Below are positions 1 through 14,424 of a DNA stretch of 64,000 bases, in pieces (position 1 is the first letter of the stretch; every line of letters begins with the position of its first letter). Location of the stretch: contig NC_043013.1 of assembly GCF_006345805.1 (NCBI RefSeq), positions 15,686,001 through 15,750,000 of the forward strand. Reading direction: 5' to 3'. The translations under genes were made by a program, and so were the position numbers. The notes below the pieces were generated by a model. The model ran no database searches and was not told the DNA's origin. It saw only the letters and a list, made by a program, of their open reading frames with translations. The stretch is from Octopus sinensis (Eukaryota).

Positions 1-516
1 GTGTGTGCGTGTCTGCGTGTAATGTAGAAATGTTTGGTTTGAGTAGCAAGACAGTGGTAGTAAGGGGGGTAACTATTTTTTTGTTATCGATTTGTTTTTA
101 TTTTATTTTATTTATTTACTATTATTATTATTACTTTTTTCGTTTCCACTTTCCGTCTTCATATATTTCACATATTTCATGAATACTTGCCCACTGTCGA
201 CCCTGGCCGGCATAACTTCTCTGTTCAGTGAGATTTTGAGGCCATACAGGCAATGGTGACCAAACCCCCACCTCTTCATATTTCTCAATGCATATTAAAC
301 ATTTTTGGGGCGTCAGATAAAGATGGGTGGGAGATCACGTGATGTCCAAGACGAGAGGATATTAGGAGGAAACGGATATCTATTTGCTCCTTGCTCTTGA
401 GTTCAAAATCCTGAACCAATGAACTCTCATTGCGCAATACAACCCGATCGGTTAGAAACAGATGTCATATCTTCTTCAAATCAGACCCTCACTCTTTAAA
501 AAAACAAGTGCACATA

Positions 517-908
517 GGCGTGGCTGAGGGGTAAGAAGCTTGCCTCCCAGCCACATGGTTCCGGGTTCTGTCTCACTGCTTGGGCAAGTGTCTTCTGCCA
601 TAGCCTCGAGCCTTGTGAGTGGATTTGGTAGACGGAAACTGAAAGAAGCCCGTTGTATATATATACATACATACATACATGCATACACATATATGTGTGT
701 GTGTCACGTCCCTGGTGTGTTTACGTCCCTGTAACACAGCAGTTCGGCAAAAGAGACCAATAGAGTAAGTACCCGGCTTTTAAAAAAAGTACTGTTGACG
801 ATTCATTCACCGAGGTCGACTTTGCTCTTCGTCCCTGGGAATCGATGTAATCGACTTAGAACCTTCTCCGAAATTGCTGACTTTGTACCAAAACTTGAAA
901 GTAATATT
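517..908 (+). mobile_element. tRNA-head SINE (local family A) with internal (TA/TACA)n tract and family-B-like tail
   Basis: Head ggcgtggctgaggggtaagaagcttgcctcccagccacatggttccgggtt with Pol III A/B-box-like motifs; body ttgggcaagtgtcttct...ggatttggtagacggaaactgaaagaagccc recurs at 17.5, 18.1 and 21.7 kb. Confidence 0.85.
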
Positions 909-1067
909 TACAATGTGGTATCACAATGTGGGCTGTTGACGGACAAATGTCTGAACCAGGGTTATGTGGAGAAGACATTGACCAAGTCCCCGCAAAAGTT
1001 ATTCTAAAAGAAACACTAAGGCTCTTTTTTTTTTTTTGTAGAAACACATATTTACCATAACGGATTC

Positions 1068-1430
1068 TTTCACAAATCCATCCGTCCATCTCTTCCGACC
1101 ACTGTTCCGGGGAAGGTCATGGAGGAAGAGTCCCCAGGCACCTCCTCTATAGGATCCTATGAGAAGCAACAGACATTAGGCCTTCCAACTGGATTCTCAA
1201 GTGTACCCGATTGAAACTATGGATATCACCCAGCCATCTTATTTTTGGTCCACCCAGAGGTCCTCGGTCGGCTGGCTCGGCTTGAAGAATGTCTTGCCAC
1301 CTTTTTCTGTAACATTCTAATCACATGCTAGTTGTGCTGGAGCTGACCTCATAATGCAAAATAGCGGTTCGACCTGGAGAGAATCCCTGATATCCGAATA
1401 CGCATCCTGTCGAGTAATGTTTCTTCAGAG
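1068..1430 (-). mobile_element. Degenerate 3' end of an RTE-clade (Expander-like) LINE ORF
   Basis: Minus-strand frameshifted translation DIRDSLQVEPLF...HVIRMLQKKVAR...GGPKIRWLGDIH...LMSVASHRIL*RRCLGTLPP*PSPEQWSEEMDGW resembles RTE C-termini (EPLL..SQLRW.GHV.RM...GRP..RW). Confidence 0.7.
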
Positions 1431-1539
1431 GGGCCCATCTCGGGCACAAATGATAATTCGAAGTCTTGACAAAAAATAGCATCGTTCCCAGAAAAACGTT
1501 TTGAATTTCAATTCAGGTATAAAAAGGATTCTGCCATAA

Positions 1540-1800
1540 GGCCTTGACAATAAAGAATGTACCGTAAGGACTCGAGAGTGACGACTCTACTGTAAGGACT
1601 CAACAGTAAGGACTCTACTGAAAGTCTCTACATTAGGGGCTCGACAGTAAAGACTAAGTGTCAGCGGGTAAGAGCAAGACTCTAGTGAAAGGTCTTGGTT
1701 GTAAGGATTTAACCGAAAGGCTATCATACAAGTTCAGCCAAAGGGGTTTTAACGTAAGAGCTCCACTGTAAGGACTCGGCTAAAGGGGTTCTATTGAAAA
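1540..1800. repeat. Degenerate 14-bp minisatellite (about ctgtaaggactcta)
   Basis: gtaagg-like cores at 1564, 1592, 1606, 1620, about 1634 and about 1648 (14-bp period). Confidence 0.65.
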
Positions 1801-2041
1801 AGAAAACATCACCAGTTTGAACTTCTATTTTTTCTATTTAGTTGTTATTGATGTTGTTGGTGCTCTTGTTACTCAAGACTACATTGTCTATTATATGCTT
1901 TTCCTAAGACAAACGCCTGAGCTTTAAGGGAGGTTCGACTGCTATTTCTGGAAGGTGGAGCAACCGCACAGAAGCTCTGTTGTTGGCTGATAGTAGTGCA
2001 GACGATGGTGACGATGAAGTTGATAGGTATAACAGTGACGA

Positions 2042-2280
2042 AGGCGGCGAGCTGGCAGAAACGTTAGCACGCCGGACGGAATGCGTAGCCGTATTTCGTC
2101 TGCCGCTATGTTCTGAGTTCAAATTCCGCCGAGGTCGATTTTGCCTTTCATCCTTTCGGGGTCGATAAATTAAGTTCCAATTACGCACTGGAGTCGATGT
2201 AATCGACTTAATCCGCGTTTGTCTGTCCTTGTTTGTCCCCTCTGTGTTTAGCCCCTTGTGGGTAGTAAAGAAATAGGTAT
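2042..2280 (+). mobile_element. SINE family B (Meta-domain-like core), full length with TSD
   Basis: aaggcggcgagctggcagaa...gagttcaaattccgccgaggtcgattttgcctttcatcctttcggggtcgataaattaag; flanked by direct repeat ataggtataacagtgacga (2023-2041 and 2273-2291); many homologous copies in the window. Confidence 0.85.
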
Positions 2281-2299
2281 AACAGTGACGATAATGGCG

Positions 2300-2530
2300 G
2301 CGATGATATCGATGACGCTGACAGAGACGATAGTGTAATGATGCGGTGATGATGGTGGTGATGCTGGTCATATAACGATGAGGATGATGTTAACGATGAT
2401 GATGATGATGATGTGGAGGAGGAGGAGGAGGAGGAGGAGAAGGAAGAAGAAGAGGAGAATGAGGAGGATGAGGAGAGGGAGGAAGAGAAGGAGGTCAACA
2501 ATGGTGGTGATTGTGATGATTTCAATGAAG
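2300..2530. repeat. (GAT)n/(GAG)n trinucleotide low-complexity tract
   Basis: Directly visible. Confidence 0.9.
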
Positions 2531-2714
2531 CTGATATTGCAGTGACCATTCGTGGTGTTAATCAATATAATTGATCAATATAATCGATAAACATTTTAAT
2601 AGTAATAGTAATATAACTATAAAGCACGATCGTCTTTCACCACACCTGCATTTCATTTACGCCTTCGATAAGTTTCTCCGCCAACCCTTAAATCAGTATG
2701 TATGTATGTATGTT

Positions 2715-2998
2715 TATCTTTTATTTGTTTCAGTCATTTAACTGCGGCTATGCCGAAATACCACCTTCAACGGTTTTAATCGAATTTAGGACTTATTCTA
2801 TCGGTTTTTTTGGCCGAACCACTAAGTTACAGTGACGTAAACACACCAACATTTGTTGTCAAGCGTTGGTGGGGGACAAATGCAGATACAAAGACACACA
2901 TAAATATATACTTATACATATGTACATACATACATACATACATACATACATACATACATACATACATACATACATACATACATACATACATACATACA

Positions 2999-3027
<29 letters not shown>
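2715..3027 (-). mobile_element. 3' half of SINE family A with expanded (TACA)n tract (2921-3027)
   Basis: tgtttcagtcatttaactgcggc...gccgaaccactaagttacagtgacgtaaacacacc matches the family A 3' half at 17812-18030. Confidence 0.75.
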
Positions 3028-3031
<4 letters not shown>

Positions 3032-3989
3032 GATGGCTGCCCCCTCGTTATCGAGTATGGCCATTGCACGAAGCTTAACTGTTATTGGTGCTGTGATCGA
3101 ATGTGACTTTTATTTGCTTTTTAAGGCTACAGCCAGCCATTCAGTTGAGACTCACAGCACCATCAACAATCATGAACAATGTTGTTATCGTGCAATGACT
3201 GTGCAAGAAGATTTTTTTTAAAGTGAGGAATGGCTGTGCACAGAGTCAATCCCACTCACTAAGCAACAGCAGCCATAATCCGAAAAGAACAAGTCAACAT
3301 CATCGGTAACCACTGAGCCGCAGGTTTTATGTCGGAGTTATCCCAGTTACCTGAGTTACCTTCTCCTAGAAGGATGCCCTAACAAAGGTTAGGAGTCCTT
3401 CATTCCCAATGGTTTAACCACGCGATCGGGAATTCAGTTCGATTATTTCTATGTACCCGCGCATGATACAGCCTTAAGCCTTAAGAAAAAAAAAAATTAC
3501 ACATTTATTGGATGGCCGTTGACTCTCAAGAGTTCATCCGTCCTTTGACGGGTTTTGTTTTTCATCCCACAGGGTGTCCAATAAACACCCTCCTCACCAA
3601 GCAAGGCTCGACCAACACTTTGGAATGTAACCCCTTTTTGGGAAATTCTACCTTGATGAACTACCCAAATAACCAGTTTCCATATGAAAATTTTAAATAA
3701 TTTATGTAAATTTAATTTCTCTAATTGAATCAATTGGATATGGAAACGACTGTAGGGAGAAGAATTTCATATTATATTGATTTGACTATAATTGAATAAA
3801 TTGATGTCTATATGTCAATTTCTCCATATTTTCATTTTCTTTTTCTTTTTTTTTCATACATAAATATTTTAAATATCCATATCCACCAATGCAAAACTAA
3901 CACTGAACACTGGTATAAACCCGGGAACTAGGATGTAAACATCCCTTAAAAATGTTTCCATTCATCTACTTATTTATTTTTTCCTAAAA

Positions 3990-4125
3990 CTTAGAAAGGG
4001 GCGCGGCTGGACCTTTGGAGTAGAGGTACAACTCATTTTTGCCAGCTGAGTGGACTGGAGCAACGTGAAGTAAAGCGTCTTGCTCAAGGACACGCTGCCG
4101 GCAGTCGAACTCGTGAGTGGTTACC
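3990..4125 (-). mobile_element. tRNA-derived SINE fragment (third family)
   Basis: Reverse complement contains gagttcgactgccggcagcgtgtccttgagcaagacgctttacttcacgttgctccagtccactcagctggc (B-box-like motif plus CORE-like tgtccttgagcaag). Confidence 0.55.
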
Positions 4126-4136
4126 TGTTGGCAATT

Positions 4137-4137
<1 letters not shown>

Positions 4138-4228
<91 letters not shown>

Positions 4229-4245
4229 GGATGGATGGATAGATG

Positions 4246-4308
<63 letters not shown>

Positions 4309-4323
4309 GGATGGATGGGAATG

Positions 4324-4373
<50 letters not shown>

Positions 4374-4400
4374 ATAGATAGATAGATAGATAGATAGATA
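4138..4400. repeat. (GATA)n microsatellite
   Basis: Directly visible. Confidence 0.95.
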
Positions 4401-4544
4401 TTGATATGAAAAGGAAAATGCAAATAAACGATTCTTATTTCTCTGCGTGTTTTCGTTTCGTTGTTATTTCTGGGGAGGAAGCAGGCAGAAAAGGAAATGT
4501 TTTGGATTAAAGTCAAGTAAAATATTAACTTAGCGCATACATCT

Positions 4545-4652
4545 ACATCATCATCATCACCACCACCACCACCACCACCACCACCACCACCACCACCACC
4601 ACCACCACAACCACCATCATCATCATCCTCATCATCATCACCGTCGTCGTCG

Positions 4653-4704
<52 letters not shown>

Positions 4705-4760
4705 CACCATCATCATCCTCATCATCACCACCACCAACCACCACCACCACCGTCATCCTC
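4545..4760. repeat. (CAT)n/(CAC)n compound microsatellite
   Basis: Directly visible. Confidence 0.95.
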
Positions 4761-5329
4761 ATTTCGAGTCTGCCTTCCCCTTCTTGGCATGATTTATCTA
4801 GTCAATAGTTTATATATAGCATGCAAATACTCACACACGCCAAACAAATGAAACATCTCAACATAAACGTACATAGAATCAATAGGTTATATATATAGCG
4901 TGCACATGCAGTATGCGTGCGTGTGTGTGTGTGGCCCTGAGTATACATAAATACATATGTATGTATATACGTATACATAGATACATAGATACACACATAC
5001 ATACATAAACAGACAGACAGACACACACACACATGTATATATGTGTGCATGTATGTCTAAGTATATATATATGTAATGATTTCCAATAGAGCAGCTAATG
5101 GCGGAACGTCTCTGCCTATCTGGTTAAAATTATTATTGATATTCCTATTCATGCTTACTCTTGTTTTGTTTGTTTTAAATTGCTTTTTCTTCTTCTTCTT
5201 ATGTTGATCCACCCCCATCCCATTGTATTCCTTGCTAAGTACGAGTTCTTCCACTGTCTGTTATGGGATTAAGGGGTTTAATTGTTTCTGCTGTCTGTTA
5301 AAAATTTACATCAATTTTATTTTCATATA

Positions 5330-5728
5330 TCTATATATATAAAACTGTAGTTGTGTGAGTGTCTGTCCCCTTCGATTTAGATTCCTAACTACTCCCACAT
5401 TTTGCGGTGCAGTTTAACCAAAACCGGGTATCTTATAGTCGTGCTTCATATCGAACCCTTCTGGGTATTAGCGCGCGTCTACGATGAGTCTACGATTAAA
5501 AAAAAATTTACCATCATTTTTTTCCATTTTAATGCATTTTTTTTGCTATTATATAAGAGAAGTAACTCTCTAAAAATGTCTACGATGAGTCAACGATTTA
5601 AAAAAGATTTACCATAATTTTTTCCCATTTTTAATGCATTTTTTGCTATTTTTTGGCTATAACTCTCTAAAAATGCTTATATAGTTATTTCCCTTACAAA
5701 CCCGAGCAACGCCGGGCGATACTGCTAG
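5330..5728 (+). mobile_element. Non-autonomous Helitron (399 bp)
   Basis: Starts A|TCTATATATATAAAA; ends with hairpin cccgagcaacgccggg followed by CTAG|T; A|T target; internal direct duplication of about 100 bp (tctacgatgagtc... at 5478 and 5578). Confidence 0.85.
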
Positions 5729-6461
5729 TAACAAATAAACTGTTGTGGTGCACCTGAGCACTGCATACAATAATTTCATTATTTTATTATTATAAACATA
5801 TGCACCTTTTAAAACATCGTAATTTCATAAGATTTTGCTGGCAATTTTTTTAATTAACATAAAACATTTATTTACATGAAAGAAAATTACCGGAGACCTT
5901 TAATCTAATTCTTCCAAATCTTTCTGTTAAAACTGTATTGAAACCATAATGAATCAATAATAAATCTTAGAGCTAGTTATAAACAGTAGCTGCAACACAT
6001 CGTTTTTGCCATTTAAATATGGCTAACCCCTAAGGGTGGATGCTACTGTAGTTTGTAGCCCCAGGAGGACATCTCCTCCAGCTGGCTATAGAAACACTTT
6101 CTGTGCCCTGTCAGTATTTGCAAAGGGAAGTCATCCTCCCTGTCTTCAACTTATGATACACACGGACTCGAGTTTCTGGGTTTTGGGGAATTTCTTTGTC
6201 ACAGCAACTGGTCGCACGTCACAAGGTTTAATGGAATGATTATGCCAAGGTTTATAAAGATCTTAGTTTTGATTCGATCTGGATCAAGGCTTTAGTTTGT
6301 TATTAGCGTCGGTTAAGCAGAAATTTGACGGTTAACTGGATTTATTGGGTTACGCATTAGCTAGGTTATGGTGGATTTGTGACATATGTGTGTATGCGTG
6401 TGTGTGTGAATGTGTGTGTGAGAATGTGTGTGTGTGTGTGTTCGTGTGTGTGTGTGTGTGT

Positions 6462-6500
<39 letters not shown>

Positions 6501-6520
6501 CAATCCACTCCGTCACGATT

Positions 6521-6825
6521 GTAGAGGCACATGGCCAAGTGGTTAGAGCAGCGGACTCGCGGTTGAGGGATCGCGGGTTCGAATCTCAGACCGGGTGATG
6601 TATGTGTTTATGAGCGAAACACCTAAGCTCCACGCGACTCCGGGAGAAGGTAATGGCGAACTTCTGCTGACTTTTTCGCCACAACTTTCTCTCACTCTTT
6701 CCTCCTGCATCTTGCAGCTCACCTGCGAAGGACCGGTGTCTCGTCCAGGTGGGGAATCCTATACGCCAAGGAAACCGGGAAACCGGCCCTTATGATCCAG
6801 GCGTGGCTCGAGAAGGAAAAAAAAA
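6521..6825 (+). mobile_element. Full-length tRNA-derived SINE with A-tail and TSD
   Basis: A box tggccaagtgg, B box ggttcgaatc, A-rich tail, 14-bp TSD actccgtcac(g/a)att at 6507-6520 and 6826-6839. Confidence 0.9.
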
Positions 6826-7196
6826 ACTCCGTCACAATTCATGCTCAAACACAGAGCGACCTTTCAGGCCACAGCAATATTAACTGTAAATTAGATTAAA
6901 CCGAAACCCATCGCACGATTCTTCGTATACTATTTTCATTGGCCGCTCAATGTCATGTAGTTTGTTAGATGAATACCCTGGATGTATATCTGTGGTAGTT
7001 GACGGGGGATAACTCTTTCTAATCATTGTTCCGAGGAGCGAGCAGTGGTGGATTCAGCTTTTACTTTAATTTCAGATTTGTTTCCTTTTATCCTTTATAT
7101 TTTACAAGGGGATGCTCTGATAGTTTCTTTTATTTTGATATTATTAGTTTTTTTTACAGTTTTTTCGTTTTTTGTTTATGCTCTAAGGTGAGTTAA

Positions 7197-7420
7197 TCCA
7201 TTAAGTCCCACTGTCCTAGGAACGGGACACTAAATGAGATTATTGAATAAACTATATCACATTGTCTCAGTGTCCCATTTATAGAACATCAAGTATTTCC
7301 ATTTCTACTTGAAGTAAAGGAGTTTTAATAATTAATTTTTTTCATTTTAACCTATTTTCAATCATCTGTAAAAATTTAAAAGTAATATTGAGAAATTTAA
7401 GTACGCTGGGACTTAATGGG
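7197..7420. mobile_element. piggyBac-type MITE (TTAA TSD)
   Basis: TTAA|tccattaagtccca ... tgggacttaatggg|TTAA: 14-bp TIR with TTAA duplication. Confidence 0.8.
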
Positions 7421-7679
7421 TTAATCTAGGCTGCTATTTAAATATTTTCGTTGATCCATTAAATTTTTAATTAATCAATATATCTGAATTTCAAATTCTA
7501 CTTGGAAAATATCTTCTTGTGGATACACGTAGAGAATATCTCACCTTTTCTGTTTAGGATGCTATGCGTTGCTATTAGGAGATAAAAAGTTTTCTGTAAT
7601 ACACAAATTACATATGGTTGCTTATTTATGTGTTTATTTCATGAGAAAACAGGATATCGATTTAGTTGATATTTATTTC

Positions 7680-7900
7680 TTTATTGACCACAAGGGGCTA
7701 AACATAGAGGGGACAAACAAGGACAGACAAAGGGATTAAGTCGATTACATCGACCCCAGTGCGAAACTGGTACTTTATTTATCGACCCTGAAAGGAGGAA
7801 AAGGCAAAGTCGACCTCGGCGGAATTTGAACTCACAACGTAACGGCAGACGAAATACGGCTACGCATTTCGCCCGCCCAGCGTGCCAACGTTTCTGCCAG
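7680..7900 (-). mobile_element. SINE family B
   Basis: Reverse complement of the 2042-2280 element (caaagtcgacctcggcggaatttgaactc). Confidence 0.85.
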
Positions 7901-8518
7901 TTGATATCTCTAGTAGGTTGTACAATAACTTACAGGTTCTTTATTGACCCAGGGCACAAATATTTGAAGATGCTGCTGGATGTTGTGATTCCTTTGAGGA
8001 ACTTTGATCTTCTCCTAGTTTGTGATTTTGTTAAATCGTGAAGATTTTCAGTTTTTAGATTTAGATTTCCCGGTTGCTTTTTTTTGGTGTCTATTAGAAG
8101 TAGGGGATTAAAATTATGATCTTTGTCAGTGATTTTTAAAATGAATAGTAGCACCTCTTTGGAGGTGTTTTATGAGCTCACAAGTAAATGTCGATTGGTA
8201 CTACTTTCTTAGAAATAAAATAATAAAACTAGGTACAATAACTATATTTTAAACACATTTTCAAAATCATCTTTATTGTCATTACATTATAAGCAGAATA
8301 TTGAGTTGTCAGAGAGCAGAAATATGACTGGTGATGTGTTATGCTTCAATATTATTTCATTATATAAGTGTTCGCTCAACAGTAAAAAAAAAATACAGTA
8401 AAGTAGTGGAGCTGATTCATTTGACTAAAGATTCTTCAAGGTGATGCCCCAGCATGGCCGCAGTCTGAAACAAGTAAAACATAAGGAAAAAATACCTATT
8501 CAGTTACCGAAATATATA

Positions 8519-8745
8519 ATACCTATTTCTTTACTACCCACAAGGGGCTAAACACAGAGAGGACAAACAATGATAGACAAACGGATTAAGTCGATTATAT
8601 CGACCCCAGTGCGTAACTGGTACTTATTTAATCGACCCCGAAATGAGGAAAAGGCAAAGTCGACCTCGGCGGAATTTGAACTCAGAACGTAACGGCAGAC
8701 GAAATACGGCTACGCATTTCGCCCGGCGTGCTAACGTTTCTGCCA
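8519..8745 (-). mobile_element. SINE family B
   Basis: Near-identical to 7680-7900; tail aatacctatttctttactaccc. Confidence 0.85.
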
Positions 8746-8963
8746 ATATCCTCTGGGTGATTAAAGACACTCCGATCATATCCTGAATTGTTGGAGCTGT
8801 TATGAACCTCTAATATCTCCAACCGAAATGATATACACCAAGTAATGAGGCTGGTGCAAGTCATTGGTTAATAATCAAGATTATTTATCGACAGGAGGCA
8901 GAGAGCCCCTTCATTCAGCTGTAAGTTTACACACACACACACACACACACACAAAATCTATGT

Positions 8964-9013
<50 letters not shown>

Positions 9014-9219
9014 TGTGTGTGTGTACATACACTCGTAGACTCCAATGATTTAAAGATCTCCGTTGAGTCTCCAAATGTAATTTTTGTAGGGCTCAAATTA
9101 AAGGTTAGTCAAGATAAGTCACATTCGACGATAAATCTTGGTCAGTCATTTTCTTCAAGAATTCAGTAGGCGTATTCCAAGACATATCAACAATATGGTT
9201 GCAGTCAACGACCGTTGAA

Positions 9220-9542
9220 ATATCTTAGTTTTAATCTCATCTTTGAACATTATTAAAGACAACTAATGAAATGAGTTAGCACCTGAATATCACAAATATA
9301 ACAGCCAAGAATTTGTTATGGTTCTAAGCGATTTATTTAAGATATGCATACTTTTCTAATGTTATAGACATTGCTGCAATTCTTTCTTGGGTACATATAA
9401 CAGAATTCATCAATAATATTTGAACCTTGTCCATTTCGCTTTAGGTCACTATTTTCGCAAATATATTATTTAAAAACAAAATATCTGTAGCCATTTTTTA
9501 AGCTGAGGTGCAAATGTGTTGATCTTCATCATTTATGATTTT
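9220..9542. repeat. Left arm of an approximately 320-bp inverted repeat (partner 14425-14746)
   Basis: For example cttttctaatgttatagacattgctgcaattctttcttggg is the reverse complement of cccaagaaagaattgcagcaatgtctataacattagaaaag at about 14575-14615. Confidence 0.9.
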
Positions 9543-9936
9543 AGATATGTTTTTAAAGATAATGTTTTTTCTTTTTAGTGGAAGATGCGAAATTGTAACG
9601 TAAAAAGTGGCTTTTTTTTTCGTCTTTTCTTTTATCAATAAATTATATTAGGAAGGTGTAAAGTGATAGTGTACTACTCTCAGAAGCGAAAGATACTAAC
9701 TCATAAATGTCGAACTCACATGAATAAACAAGAGAGACAGAGAAAGGCAGAAACAAGGAAAATGCCACTTATATTTGAACACTATACAAATATTCTTTTA
9801 AAAAAACTTTTCTTTTAATTTTTCTAAATTTAATAATTTAATTGTTACAGTTGAAAAGGTCTCAAATGACTGAAATCGGTACTGAAATGTTCTTTATAAA
9901 ATTATTTTAACATTTTCTATCCTGACTTGTTTTTTC

Positions 9937-11215
<1,279 letters not shown>

Positions 11216-11659
11216 TGTATGTATGGCATTGAATATTGCTTTTGCGTCAACGTCATGTGCCATAGAGAATTAGTGCCTAGATGATATTTTGATCCGCTGC
11301 TAATTACGTGTTTGATGTCTTCCGCAGAAATGTGACATAATATACATTTTCGGTTGCATTTAAGAGCTTCAGTGTTTCTTTTGTTTATCGGGTATTTTGT
11401 AGCAATCTCCTGTTCTTTGATTGAAAATGCATAACCTTCGAAGTATGACGCGATGTAGCCGTCACCAATTCAAGACAAAGCAGCACTTCATGCCAATATC
11501 ATTGTCATCTTTATGTCTTGGAGAAGCATACCCATGAATAATCTTTTTTTTTAGTATGCTGAGGGTTTCACATCCAGGTCTTCTTTGAGTTATGTATGTA
11601 TAGATATTTGTATATATGTATATATCTATGTGTGTGTACACAGATACACAGACAGACAG

Positions 11660-11688
11660 CTAGATAGATAGATTGATAGATAGATAGG

Positions 11689-11726
<38 letters not shown>

Positions 11727-11750
11727 TAGATAGATAGATAGATAGATAGG

Positions 11751-11825
<75 letters not shown>

Positions 11826-11835
11826 GCAGATATAT
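11660..11835. repeat. (GATA)n tract 1
   Basis: Directly visible. Confidence 0.95.
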
Positions 11836-12424
11836 AAGTTTCTTTATTGGCCACACAGGGCTGCACACAAATGGGACAAGTTACAAGGTAGAGCTTTTTG
11901 GGGGGGGGATGAAAAAAACAAAAACAAAAGAAACAAAAAAAAGGGGGTGGCGTAGGTTTTCGATCAAGAGGGATCGTAAAAGGGAAGAAAAGAACAAAAA
12001 AGAATTAAAATAAAAAATAATAAAATAAAAATAAAAAAAGAAGAAAAGGAAAAGGAACAAAAGAAAAGAGAAATGAAAAAAGAAGAAAAAAGGGGAAGAG
12101 GAAAAAAAAACGATCAATAGGGATCGTGTATCACAGTGTTATGATATATGGTGTAAAGGGGAAAGCAAGTAGGGTTTATCCGTGGGATGAAAAGCCTACG
12201 AAAAAGACCACGGTAACCTTGGTCAATATTGTTATATGTTACCACATTTGTTTGCAAGTGGGTAACCCTCTGTTTTCAATTTCTGGGTTCATAGGATTAT
12301 GCTCACGGTGGCTTTGTCATTCATACGTGCCATCCTTGCTACATTCACCCATCTTTTTTTAAAACATTCGCTAGACAAAACTTGCCTCTCTACTCTCACT
12401 TTCCTTTTCAAGTGGTACTTGAAG
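11836..12424 (-). mobile_element. 5'-truncated Tx1/L1-clade LINE, copy 1
   Basis: Minus-strand ORF end [44 protein letters not shown], pyrimidine-rich 3' UTR and AATAAA near the end; flanked on both sides by (GATA)n. Confidence 0.7.
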
Positions 12425-12450
12425 ATAGATAGACAGATAGATAGATAGGC

Positions 12451-12534
<84 letters not shown>

Positions 12535-12536
<2 letters not shown>

Positions 12537-13216
12537 GTTTCTTTATTGGCCACATAGGGCTGCACACAGATGGGACAAATTACAAGGTAGAGCTTTTCTT
12601 TTGGGGGATGAAAAAAAAAGTGGCGTAGGTTTTCGATCAAAAGGGATCGTAAAAGGGAAAAAAGAAAAAAAAAAAAAAGAAAAAGAAACAAAAGAAAAGA
12701 AAAGAGAAAGAAGGAAAAGAAACAAAAGAAAAGAAAAGAGAAAAAAAAGAAAAAGAGGAAAAAGGGGAAGAGGAAAAAAACCATCAATAGGGATCGTGTA
12801 TCACAGTGTCATGATGTACGGTGTAAAAGGGGAAGCAGATAAGGTTTATCCATGGGAAGAAAAGCCTACGAAAAAGACCACGGTAACCTCGGTCAATATT
12901 GTTATATGTTACCACATTTGTTTGCAAGTGGGTAACCCTCTGTTTTCAATTTCTGGGTTCATAGGATTATGCTCAAGGTGGCTTCGTCATTCATACGTGC
13001 CATCCTTGCTACATTCACCCATCATTTTTTAAAACATTCGCTTGACAAAACTTGCCTCTCTACTCTCACTTTTCTTTTCAAGTGGTACTTGAAGAAGTTG
13101 ATGAGAGATTGACCAGAGAGGAAAGTGTTTGTCTCCAATCCTTTCAGACGCGTCCATCAGATACATTCTTTCGCCATAGCCACAAGGATGATGAAAATAG
13201 CTCTGCCTTCCCGTTT
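12535..13216 (-). mobile_element. 5'-truncated Tx1/L1-clade LINE, copy 2
   Basis: [53 protein letters not shown]...; same 3' end as copy 1 but extends about 120 nt further 5'; flanked by (GATA)n. Confidence 0.7.
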
Positions 13217-13355
<139 letters not shown>

Positions 13356-14187
13356 TTTACATATATTCAGACATAAATGCACACATACACAGACACACAT
13401 ATGCTCATACACAAATAATTAACGACCACTACACAGACGAACATTTGTCTTATTTGAATAGATCTTTGCAGATGTTGTCAGCATTGTCCTGCTTCAACAA
13501 TCAATTATTCACAACCACAACAATCACTACCACCAACAACACCACCACTACCGATACCGCCATTACCTACAATAACCACAATCACCACCACCACCACCAC
13601 TACTACTACTTCTAACAACCACAACAGCCTAACCCTAGAATCTATAAATTTCTGGAGCTGACACATTTCTTTTCCCCAAATGTTCAACAGGTCACGTGGC
13701 CCTTTCTATCACTCCCCCATCTTTCTTTTGGCCTCCTTTAAAGTTTCTAATTTTCTTATAGTCTTTTGTTTTGTTTTTTTTTTTTTTCTTTTTTCAGTTT
13801 TTAAATGTATTTATTTATTTTTATTCTCCGCCTTCCCACCCCTGCCTTCCCAATGGATGTTTCCTTGCACAAATATGCTTCCTCTGGCAGGTGACCTTCA
13901 TCTCGGCCGTTTAGCTAGCAGAGTTGGCTAAAATAGCAACAACTATTACGGAGAACAAATATACTCAATTATGTAGTTCCGGTTTGAAGAGCGGGAGATG
14001 GAGTGACGGGCGGAGGCGGAGAATGAAAGGCAGGTAAGCAAGGTTTGTGTATTTAGGCAAGGGTGGGTGGTGGCGGTTTCATTAAGGAGAGTGGGATGTG
14101 GCAGTTGTTTTACCTGGTAGTCTCGTTACGGTCTGCTGTTTTAAAAATAGACTTCCATAAACAAAATGTCGTTAATAACTACATAGA

Positions 14188-14418
14188 AAAAGTGGATTGG
14201 CCAAAATTGTTCGTGCGTCGGACTAAATGCCTTGCGATATTTCTTCCGGTTCCAGTTCTTTGCGTTCTGTGTTCAAATCCTGCCGAAACCAATTTTGCCT
14301 TGCATTCTTCGGGAATCAATAAGATGAAGTAGCAGTGTTACTAAGCAACGATACAATAGACTAAACCCCGCCCTACCGAAAATTTCAGGTCTTGTGCCTA
14401 CGTTAGAAAGAGTTAACT
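14188..14418 (+). mobile_element. Diverged SINE family B
   Basis: gttctgtgttcaaatcctgccgaaaccaattttgccttgcattcttcggg...aaaatttcaggtcttgtgcctacgttagaaag. Confidence 0.7.
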
Positions 14419-14424
14419 ATTTAG

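Noticed and set aside
6521-6595. tRNA-like sequence
   Set aside because: It continues into a SINE body with A-tail and TSD and lacks a proper acceptor stem; it is a SINE head, not a tRNA gene
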